DNA of 36,231 nucleotides from positions 913,876 to 950,106 of the forward strand of contig KB097558.1 of assembly GCA_000326865.1 (NCBI GenBank), read 5' to 3'. Position numbers and translations under genes: made by a program. Source of the stretch: Helobdella robusta. Taxonomy: Eukaryota. Shown piece by piece: positions 10,151 through 20,529 of the stretch (position 1 is the stretch's first letter; each line of letters starts with the position of its first letter). The notes beneath the pieces were generated by a model, which made no database searches, had not been told where the DNA came from, and worked only from the letters and a program-made list of their open reading frames with translations.

Positions 10151-11555
10151 GTGGCTACTTATAAATTTTAGTTATAATGTTGATGATGCTGTTGATGAAT
10201 AGGACGATGTTTCACTCACCCGCTCATTCCTTCATCCCACCTACCCACTCACTTGTTCAACTGACAGGTAGTCCTATGTGGGAAGCGTAGCTTTGTGCTC
10301 TCAAAATTTTCGACCAAAAGTTCTGACTCAGGCAAAATAATGACATCATCGTCGTCATTTCAAAAACAACAACAACAACAACTTCGAATGAACGTGGACA
10401 ATCCTGACAAGCCATCCAATGAAGTAGTTTGTAGCAACGACAGCAAAAGAGTTTTCAACATAAAAGAATTCATAGGACTTCCAAAACGACAAAAAAATTT
10501 CTCGACTGGACAGCAGGTTCAGTTTCAACTGATGAAACATCTACCTCAGCGCCTCAGATAAATGCAAAACTTTGATTGGCAGATAATAATCACATTGCAT
10601 TTGATTTTTAATTAACATGTATGTCGAAATTAAAAATTTGTTAACAATTAAAAAATTGGGTGATTTTCTTATGAATGCTAAATTTAAATACGATTGGAGA
10701 ATGATTGCTCTTTATAGATTTTGGATGATGGTATAATGTTTGTTTTTACATGATTTTCTTTAAGAGAGAACGATATATATGATTAGTTGGAATTGGAATT
10801 TTTATGAAGAGATGTTTGCATACATTTATATAAAATATAGGTATTTGAAATAATAATAAAAATTATACACTTGCATTTTGGTTTATATTTTTATTTTTGT
10901 TTGATCTTTATGTATGAACAGAACATATTAACGGACATTGTTTATGTGTTCAAATTTTATAGTTAATTTTGTTTTTTGTTGCGGGCATAGGGACATTTTG
11001 TCTTTGCCCATGTTATTTTTTCATAATAATAATATTAATAAATTCCGAAAACAAATCTGAAACAAGAAATAGATCGGATAATCTTACAGAACGTTGAAAG
11101 AATTGGCATCGTTGAAGAAACCAAATGCGACGACGTTTCAATAAAAAACATGACAAGACCACATCTTTAGATCAAAGTGAACATGTATGGTCGAAAATAA
11201 AAATTCCGAAAACAAGTCTGTAACAAGTGAAAGAAATGTGACAGCTTTTTATTAATTTTTGGTTCTGACATTGGAAGAAAGTATGATTTATTTTAAAATT
11301 CTTTCAAAATGTTTGATGATCTGCAGAACAAGTGAAATTTTCACTAGAAATTTGAAAAAATTGGCACCATTTAAGACATTTAAAACGCGACCGGAATGAG
11401 TCGTGTCTGATGCAAATACAAGCCCAGTGAAGAAGGAAATCATTTTGACATTTCGACGAGGTAATCAAACATTCGAGAAGCCGATCTGCTCTAGCTAGTT
11501 AGAAAAATAATTGAACGCCATCGTTATCAGCTGCTAAAAAATCAAAATTGAAGAT

Positions 11556-11768
11556 ATGGAACAAAAAGAGGATAGACAAATTCTTCCAAGAACCCTATGC
11601 ATCCCAGATCAGGTTGTCTCTCACTTTGTGTTGGGTAATGAAAGCTTCACAATAAGAAGTTACGAATGTATCGAGGATGGAGTTAGATGGAATTGGTCCA
11701 TCTTTGGACGTGAAATTAAGAAGGCACAAGATAGCTGGAAGTGGCATTTAATTTTTTTTCTGATTTGA
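11556..11768 (+). CDS. Hypothetical ORF (70 aa) with 5'UTR-like leader; unverified
   Basis: ATG in AAAATTGAAGATATGG context. A GC-richer leader at 11390-11555 contains a GAG|GTAATC donor (11459) and a TTATCAG|CTGC acceptor (11531). Product MEQKEDRQILPRTLCIPDQVVSHFVLGNESFTIRSYECIEDGVRWNWSIFGREIKK has no recognisable family. Confidence 0.25.
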   Translation: MEQKEDRQILPRTLCIPDQVVSHFVLGNESFTIRSYECIEDGVRWNWSIFGREIKKAQDSWKWHLIFFLI

Positions 11769-12099
11769 ATATTACAATTTTATTTTTTTATTCGAGAAAT
11801 TTTTAAACAAAATTATATCATAACTGAGTGCTTTGTTCTGTTTTTCGTATTGTTTTTAATCGTTTTTTCCTATTTTTTATTTACGACGTAATTGTAAAAA
11901 ATAAAATATCTCTTTAATTTTCTTCATACACGCACATACATATTAACATACAAATATGTATACGCAACGGTAACTGCATACAAAACTAAGTAATCCGTGT
12001 GAGTGTACTTTTGATATATCGTCTTTCAAAATCATGAAATTTAGCACACCAACAACATCGTCTTTCAAAATCACAACGTCATTCGTCACATCTTGTAAC

Positions 12100-13850
12100 C
12101 ATCCGAGTTTGTCAGTTTGAATTTTTGGAAAAATAATAGACCACTAACAAATGGAGACTTAATTTTAGTATTGATTTCTTGTCTCCTTCCTACCAAAATT
12201 TGATTAAAATGTTTCACGAGCGAAATATTTGCTGTGTGTATGGTTAAAATCTTCGACCGAGATTTGATACTTTTAGCATTTAAAGTTCACCAAAATGTGT
12301 GTTCAAACAGATCCTTACCCATCATTCCAATTTCGTTTCGTATTAAAATCTTCAACACCTACATCGTAACCTTCATCAAGCAATAATTTAGAATTCACGT
12401 ATATTTTTAAACATAAACAATTAATATTCCACAAAAAAGTAAACTTATAATGAAAAATATTGAAGAGAGTTAATGCACCAGCATTTAACAAACCATCCAA
12501 CCAAGGTAATAAAAATCTGCAAATTATATGCTATGATGCGTAAAAGCGAATTCAAGAGAAGCCGCCGAGAGTGGATGACGTCAATTTTTGCAGCAACCTC
12601 ATCTGGCCACACCTCACATACGATGAGTACAACTTTGTTCTTAAGTGGTGTTTCATGTTTGTAGGAACATTTGTACATTCTAGCTGCGTACAACCGCCAT
12701 CTGGTGACGTTGAAGAATGTTCAGCCTGTTGTGTTGGTTGAAAGTTGTTCTTCTCCATCTCCTCCTCCAACTTCTTCATCAATTCTTCTTCCTCCTCCAA
12801 ACTTCTTCCGTACTTCCCAAGTTGTCTTGTGGCCAGCCTGTAAAGGGTAGTATTGCATTCAGACATGAGTTCAAGTTTTGTAATAACTAATTTCAAATAA
12901 TAAGCGGTCAGTCCGGTTTTTAATGAAACTGTGTGAATCGCGTGCATTTCAATTTAAGAAGAGGCCAACAAAGCACATTAAGAGAAAATTCAATTTATTA
13001 AATACTGGAAAGATATTTGTCAAACGAGTTACCAGCGTGGTCATAAAATGTGAATCACTCAAGCTAGCTAAACCAGGGAATGCAAAGCTGAGAAAACCAC
13101 TCATCCAGAACGAATCATCAGGTTTTATAAAAATCATTTAAACGAAAAGATAAAATGAAATAAAGTGATGCAGAAAAATGACGGAACTTGTTGAGTAGCA
13201 TCTTGTAGGAATCAGGCAACTTCGACATGTTCTCTTCGTTGTTAAATTAAGTTTAATTAAAAATTTAATGAGCTTACCTTTCAACTAATTAATTACTATT
13301 AAATATAATTATCAGCTGTGTAGGACGCACTTAACGTTATTATGTTATAGACACCATTTTAGATGATACCTCTCATAACTGTGAAAAAAACATCTTAGTC
13401 GTAAGAAACGTTAACAACTAAGACAGTTGCACAAGTCCTCAATCTAATAATACGTTATAGTTATCAATTTTCAATCATTAAACTAATACTCAAAGGTACC
13501 AGCAGCATTCATGCAGCCAGCACACTTGAATACGCGTGAATCCGCGCACACACACGACACACGCGCGAGCGCACACACAAACAAACACAGCAGATGGAGA
13601 TTTCTTTACAGTCGAATCCAGTAACTACAACTGCGAGGCCAGGCATCTTACCTGCTGCACCACCTCACCACCCAGGCATATGGCACATATTAGATTTGAT
13701 TCAATGCCGATTGTGCCACCGACTAACCAAAGAGTAAGGAGTAATCATCCTCATCGTCTTCCTCTTCATCATCATCGTAACTTGTCATCATTTTACTTTT
13801 TACAAAATCATTAAACTCTTTTTCATTGCTGATTCTCATTACCTGTGATG
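12100..13850. repeat. Segmental duplication copy B (paralog of 340-1600) with a ~0.87 kb copy-specific insert at 12465-13345
   Basis: See copy A. The segment 12465-13345 has no counterpart between 1165 and 1200 of copy A. Confidence 0.7.
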
Positions 13851-13875
13851 ATGTGATAATGCTAAAGAAAATTTG

Positions 13876-14010
13876 GTCAATCAATCAACCGATCAATCAA
13901 TTAACTAACCAACCATTCATTCAACAAACCAACCAATCGATCAAATCGATCAATCAGTCTGTCAGTCAGTCAATCAACCTGTCCCCCAATCTCAACCAAC
14001 CAACCAACCA
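13876..14010. repeat. (CAAT/CAAC)n compound microsatellite
   Basis: caatcaatcaaccgatcaatcaa...caaccaaccaacc. Produces ORF 13826..14065. Confidence 0.9.
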
Positions 14011-14779
14011 TACACTCACTTTCATAATAGAGTTCATCATCTTCTCAGTCAGCACTCCATCATGACTAAGCACTAAACAACCATCATCTGCTATGTAACC
14101 CTGTTTAGTGCATGAATGACTGAGTGATGACGACGACGATGATGACAATAAACCCACGCCAAAAAAAATAAAAAAATAAATGAACAGAAATAGAAATGAT
14201 GATGTGAGTAAATCATGAGCAGTAAGCAAGTGAATGCATGACGAATGTCTCGTTCATACTGACTAGCTTAGTCAGGTAACTCCACTTTTTATCAATGAAT
14301 GGTGCATTTTGATTGGCTACCGGTAAGTTGGTTGATTGGTGACGTTGTTGTTGTTGTTGTTGTTGTTGTGTTGGCTGATCTGTGTTCATTTGAAGAAATG
14401 TTTCCCGTAGATCATTCAATGGAATGTCCACCTAATGAAGAAGTTAAAAAAAAAATTTTAAATGCATCTGCATGGGAAATAGAAGCATTTCAAGCAACAC
14501 AGTTTAGTGCTCAATGGAAATTATTTCAAAATAAGATTAACCTAGTTTTGGCAAGATTTGAAATGAACTCTTTAAATAAAAATGTAAACACCATATTTAT
14601 AATTAACCATTAAGAAAAAATATACATAAATATATCACAAAGACAGACACACGCATACACAAGCATACAGAAAAAGAGAGAGAGAGAGACGCACGCACAC
14701 ACACAGACAGACACGTACAAACGTGAATATATATGAAATATATGATATAGAATGAATTAGTAGCAACAAATAGACCAAC

Positions 14780-14878
14780 AGTATCATACAGAGCAAGTGT
14801 GGGATGTTCAGCGTAGCCATACATATGCAAGAGCTGTTCATTTGATAGTTCACCGTATGTGTTGAAGATCTCTTCGTT
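14780..14878 (-). CDS. SETD6: SETD6-like exon 6 (EIFNTYG...HMYGY); 3' boundary uncertain
   Basis: Acceptor CATATTAG|AAC. Candidate donors ACT|GTTGGT (14779) or GTTG|GTCTAT (14775). Confidence 0.6.
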
Positions 14879-17629
14879 CTAATATGGTTTGGTGTATGCG
14901 TGTGTGTGTGTTTGTGCGTGTGTGTGAGTGAATGTGGGTAGATGTGGAGATTTGATAAGTTTAGTTCAATTTATTAAAAAGTTAGGATCATTATGGAGAT
15001 AAAACTGTGATTTTCATTTATTGAGATGCTGCTGGTTTATAAATGATGTTTTGTGCATTTTGATTTTATAACTAAACACTACTATATGAAATTTTGTTTT
15101 TATGGCCCTAGATTTTTTAATACGACTAACCACCTTTGTTTAATTGACTATCACGCTTACAAAGCACCTTCAATAAACCTCCTTACAAGCAAAAGACATC
15201 AATCTAAATTGAATGACAAACTTTTTTGATATTTCTTTTGGCAAGCATTTCCAAGCACTGAGGTCTGAACCTGATGAATGCATTGTTTTCACTGGCGTGA
15301 TTCAAGATGTCTGCCAGTGGTACCATCATTGGTGGGTGGACATCATCCTCATCATCATCATCGTCGTCGTCATCATCTTTGCCTGGTTTCTTCGGTTCAG
15401 TGAAGCTGTACGCCATGACAAAAGAGACCATCTTCTTGAAGTGATGCAAGGTGATGTTGTCTGCGCTGTGCGATGAAATGTGTGGTGGGGTTAAGGAAGG
15501 CGGGAAAAGTCCAGAAGATACAAAATAAGGTAAAAAAATATTGAGGCTGGTACAATTTGTAAGCAGTGCAATGTGGGGCGTTCAATGTTCAACTGCACAA
15601 CCAATATAAATTCATCTTTTCAATTCAATTTTCATGTACAGTAGGTAGTTGGCAGAACAAGTTTGTACGAGAGCTGTATGGACTGTTATTCTCATGACGT
15701 AAACATTAATTAACTCGTTCAACACTCGTTCATAAAAATGAAATTTATTTTTTAACATCAAAAACCCAGGCTGCCATAAACATGCATTCCCAACCGGACA
15801 TTTAGAACCAAGCTTGAACACGTACAACGTACATTACTTAGTATCCTTATTATTGTTATCTTTGCTATATTTTTATCTTTAGATAGAAGATCGCAGCAAA
15901 GAAATATTGAATCTATGTTAAACATCTGGAATATATATATATATAGGTCCTGCGTAGTCGGGTTTCTAGGCAGGTTCCCAGCAGAGAAAACGAAGTCGTA
16001 AATGTGATTTATATAGTTACATGGATTAGTGTTACTGTTGGCATTCAAATAAATGTTCAACAACATTCATGAATATGTATACAAACAGTACATAAATATT
16101 ATGTAAGTACATATGTTGAAATACACATACAAAATTAGAATAAAAAAAAATCAAACACCAACTTGAACAATTGAGGATGCTTCTTAACAAAGGGCACAAC
16201 AATGTGTTCGAATTCAAATGTTAATGACTTCAGATCGCGATCCAACAGCCCCAGCAAATTCGTTCCTTTCAATTCTTCATTCAATTCCTCTCTGCAACAA
16301 ACGTGAATGCAATTGATAAGGAGAAGAAAATGTAGTCACATCATGTAACACGGCATTCGATGCCATCTATGTAGGTCATTTATGTTTATCAGTCTATTTT
16401 AAATAATAGTGATCACAACAATAATAAACAACAACATGAATAATAAAAATGAGCCAGCAACCAAAAATCGAACCGGCAACCAGCAAGCACCTCAGTAACT
16501 TACTTGGACCACATCATTGGAAGGTGGAGGTCATCAAAATCAGGCACCATGTTGAAGTAAGGCTGCCACCTACCACCAAAGCCACAAGCAGCAGCTTCCA
16601 TCTTATCATACTCATGCAACAGACACAGGAGAAGAGGTACCCAGCTACTGCCACTGTCCAGTTCCTCACCAGCTTGTTTGTTCATATCATCATATTTGTT
16701 CGCAATCAATTAAAATTTTAAATAAAATCATGTGACCAATCAGTTTTTTAAATTATACCATCCAAAATTTTTTTACTAAAAACAGTTCACAAATTTTCAG
16801 GTCAGCGAATACGAGGCTTTATATTATTTTTTTAGCCAAATCACATTCAGTAGGTGGAAAACATATTTAGTAGAAAACATCTAACGAAGCTAAAGTACAA
16901 TAAAATAATTTTTTTTTTAAATTCTACAAAAATGAAATCGGTACATGAAGATAAGTATCTAAAAGTGACAATGTGAGGAGCTGAAAGGAAGTATCAATAA
17001 AAAATATAATTGAGAATGAAACAAAAAATTAATAAATTCATTTTCCTGAAAAATATTTTAAAGCAAATATCTTGACCCTTAATAAAATCATCGGTAATCT
17101 CATCAACATCACTGTCGCAAAAACCTACCTGCTTCAATCGCCACCTTCAATTCATCAGAGACAGTGCAGGGATGTAAGAGAACACTCCTGGGAACAGTGA
17201 AAAGCACATCTCCCTCCGTGATGTCCTTGTCAGCTACCAGGCCCCAACCTGAAGCCACATTTCTCTTGCTGACAGATACCTGGACAGTGACAACCAAAAA
17301 GAAAACAAATTAACTTTCGTTGATGATGTTTTGTTGCATACATTCTATCACGTACAAATTTAATTCCATTTTAAATTTTAATTAATACTGAATATCAACA
17401 CTAACTAATTGTTTAATAAAACTTTTATTAAAACTTTTAAAGAAATAAATTTTATTCAAAATATTGAAAAATCTCAATAGAAACCCCATCTAACATTGAA
17501 GAGCAAGAAACCTTCCTGCCGCATCCAATCCTGGAATGCAACCAGCTTTTCATCATCTGGTAACAGCTTCATTTTTTTCCTAACAACATTTTCATTGTCA
17601 TCTTCATCGTTGTGAGTGTGCTTAGCCAT
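14780..17629 (-). CDS. SETD6: SETD6-like SET-domain protein-lysine N-methyltransferase gene (6 exons resolved; 3' exons unresolved)
   Basis: Exons (- strand): 17495..17629 (MAKHTHNDEDDNENVVRKKMKLLPDDEKLVAFQDWMRQEGFLLFN); 17129..17279 (VSVSKRNVASGWGLVADKDITEGDVLFTVPRSVLLHPCTVSDELKVAIEAG); 16504..16672 (..GEELDSGSSWVPLLLCLLHEYDKMEAAACGFGGRWQPYFNMVPDFDDLHLPMMWS); 16163..16291 (KEELNEELKGTNLLGLLDRDLKSLTFEFEHIVVPFVKKHPQLF); 15222..15465 (NADNITLHHFKKMVSFVMAYSFTEPKKPGKDDDDDDDDDEDDVHPPMMVPLADILNHASENNAFIRFRPQCLEMLAKRNIKK); 14780..14878 (NEEIFNTYGELSNEQLLHMYGYAEHPTLALYDT). Collinear with human SETD6: GYGMVA..LLFVVPR, SGWVPLLLALLHE, RWRPYF, IVLPFMEAHPDLF, VMAYSF, MVPAADILNH, EIFNTYG..LIHMYGF. All splice phases are consistent. 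Confidence 0.85.
15222..15465 (-). CDS. SETD6: SETD6-like exon 5 (SET-domain core with MVPLADILNH; poly-Asp tract)
   Basis: Acceptor TCGCACAG|C. Donor AAA|GTTTGT. Overlaps ORF 15204..15449. Confidence 0.85.
16163..16291 (-). CDS. SETD6: SETD6-like exon 4
   Basis: Acceptor TTTGTTGCAG|A. Donor AA|GTTGGT. Phase-consistent with exons 3 and 5. Confidence 0.75.
16504..16672 (-). CDS. SETD6: SETD6-like exon 3
   Basis: Acceptor ACAAACAAG|CT. Donor AA|GTAAGT. Overlaps ORF 16500..16709. Confidence 0.8.
17129..17279 (-). CDS. SETD6: SETD6-like exon 2
   Basis: Acceptor TGTCACTGTCCAG|GTA. Donor GCAG|GTAGGT. Overlaps ORF 17109..17297. Confidence 0.8.
17495..17629 (-). CDS. SETD6: SETD6-like exon 1 (start codon at 17629-17627)
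   Basis: ATG GCT AAG CAC. Donor AAT|GTTAGA at 17494. Confidence 0.7.
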
Positions 17630-20529
17630 TTGTAACTCTGTTTGTTAGCATAAACAGTGAATGAAATTGTCTGTATATGTTTTACAATTAACTGTTACAT
17701 TAAAAATTAAATATATTATATGATAAAAAAGAACTAAATAAAAATGAGGGATGTATAATATAAAGTTGTTTTTGTTTCACGACAGTTAAATTTTCCTGTG
17801 TTAATGTATGATTTTTTACTGTATGTGCTCCGGTGTTTCTAAATGACATTAATCAGGATCATTAATCATTAGAATAAATATTAGATTAGAGATTAGCATT
17901 ATATATTTATGATTTTTATATGTTTTGAAAAAAGTTTAATTAATCATGTTACTTTGTAAAATGTAACTTCAATTCTAAGAATTAAATTGTATTATTGACT
18001 TTATTGAATTATTGACTTGACTATACTTGACTTTTTAATTTTTGGTTTGACCCTCAAAATTTAATTGCTTGCTTACCACTTCTTAAAACTTAAATAGATG
18101 CTGTCTGTTATCACCCATTGAATAACTAACCCTAACGCTAACATAACGTCCTAACTCATACCTACAACCATCACCCACCAAAAAAGAGTGGGTCCATTTG
18201 TGGACTATTTGTGGTCCATCGTTTGATGGACCACACCACACCAAACCAAACCAAACCATGTGATTATTAATTTAAATTCTGATTTACATAATTGATTTTG
18301 AAAAATTTAATGCGAAGACCAAAAAATGCATCTCCACATTGAAATAGCGTGGAAAGAAATAAACTAGGTGCTAACCAGCACCGGCACTAACCAAATTCAA
18401 GCTGACGCCTCATCCATTAGGACTTCATTATCAACTATACGAAGTTTAAAAGTAAAAATAATGTACCTACATGGAAAAGATATGAGCAAGACATAATTTA
18501 AACGTTTGTAAGCACAGGTGAACCGATATAAGTCGTTAACGAAAATAACCAAAATTAATTAATCATTATTAAAATCATAATTTAAATATATAAAAGTAAC
18601 TACGACGCTGTCGACTGGTCTGCTTGCTGTGATAAAAAAATGAATATAAGAATAGAACTAAAGCACCTGAATTTAACTTTAACTTGAGAGCGTTTGTGTC
18701 ACTGTATAATCATCTGCAATTAATATTCATCTGCCACATAATGACTCTCTTTATAAAATATATTAAATGCATGTTGCCAATGGCGCTCTTTTTTCAAGTT
18801 AAGCTTCCAATTGGAAAAAAACATTCAAGAGATTTCAGTATATAATGCCGTGCTCCACGAAAAAATAATACGTGAAACAAATGTGCGAAATGTGAGTAAA
18901 AAAACTAAACTGGTCGAACTTACTTGGCGTTTATTGAGATTTGCTCACAAATTCGACAGATATCCTTTGTCGAAACCTATAACACCTACATGATAAAATG
19001 TGGTGACTGCTTTCTTATTTTCCATTTTTTCGCAAATTTACGTTAGACTTTTCACGCGTTTGAGTGTCATAAAGTAGAGAAACGTCTGGATGTTTAGACG
19101 ATTCTCAACTGCGTACGGCACTGTCTTCAATTGAACCACATCTCGAGAAATTGACAAACGTTGTAAATACTCACTTAGAAAATCGAATTACCTTACGGCT
19201 TAAATTCGTTAAGAACACAGGTATATACATCATGATAAAATATATTCCTTTAACAAACCGAAAACTTCTGATGGAGAATATTTCTAACTTTATATGAAAT
19301 TTTGTTTTAATTACTTTTGTTTCGATTTAACGGATTTTCAGCACAAATTCGTTTTTTTACTGTACTATTCACTGTATCAATTTCACAAATGCTAAAATTT
19401 GTTGACCGGCATGTTTACGCTATGATGACGTCGCGAGATTATTTTCAAAATATTAATAAGAGCGACAAAACAAGGACAATTTTTTAAACATATCGGAGAA
19501 ACTACGGAACATTATACAGCATCTAAAATTGCGATCATCACTATGATTAACAATAAATTTTGATAACTAAATTTTTTTTAAAAAACACCAATAACGATCG
19601 TTTCGTGGAAGATGTAAAACCCAGAAATATCGTTTTGATTGAGTTTATCGAGCTGAAAGTCATGGAAGTTATAGCATTGATATTTTGTCTGTCAGCATTT
19701 GACCTCTTGATTGGAGTTCTCCACGGAAGGAACAAAGATGAATCTTTCAATTTGGCGTAACTTAAATTATTATATTGAAAGTTGCATATAAATAAGTTAA
19801 ACCGATTCGTCGTATATTTCACTTTAGCACGAGGTATGAGTTGTTTCATAGCAAGCTGCAGCCGACCTGAAATATGTGCAGTGCAATAGTTTCTAATTTT
19901 TTTCATCGAAAAGACGCACGTTTTTTGTTATGTATAACAATTAGCAAGTTTCATACAGTCAAAAATGGTAATAAATTAATCACCGCAGTTTGCATAGTAT
20001 GAATTTTAATGATCAGAAGTACTCACTCTTCCTCGTTTGGCGAATGCACGTAGGTGCATGTACTTAAGTTTAAACATGCATACGAGCAAATCACGAATGA
20101 CTACCAGCGTAGAGCCTGCGGACATCTCGCATTTGATCCGTCGAAATTTTCAACCTTCACACTTTTGGCTTGTGATCAGTTTTGTTCATAAACCCAAGCA
20201 ATGGTCTCCTCAAGTTTTTCTGAAACTGAACATCCTTATTGACGTCAGTGTTTCAGACATCACATCACATCTGACATTTAATAACCAATTTATTTTAATT
20301 AATTTTCATCTTTTGATCTTATCAGACAATTGAGCTTTTATTTCTATAGTTTTATTTTTTATAAATCCTGTTGTTCATTCCTCTCACAAACAATAGCTGT
20401 CTACATAAATCAGATTTGCCGTTCCAGTCTGATTGCTTCAATTTAGAACGCAGCATTGGCTTCAGATGCGGTCTTTTGTTCAAAACTTTATGAATAAATA
20501 AGTTTTTCTAAAAAAATATTTACATTTGA

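Noticed and set aside
13826-14065. ORF 13826..14065 (+) with TNQ/INQ repeats
   Set aside because: (CAAT/CAAC)n microsatellite.
14213-14431. ORF 14213..14431 (-) with QQQQQQQQ, considered as a SETD6 3' exon
   Set aside because: The poly-Gln comes from a (GTT)n microsatellite. No similarity to the SETD6 C-terminal domain and no convincing acceptor.
16449-16721. ORF 16449..16721 (+)
   Set aside because: Antisense to SETD6-like exon 3 (16504..16672).
18100-18250. AACCCTAACGCTAAC-like string and the 10-bp inverted repeat GTGGTCCATC-GTTT-GATGGACCAC
   Set aside because: Too short or degenerate to call telomeric repeats or a transposon terminus. No second copy in the window.
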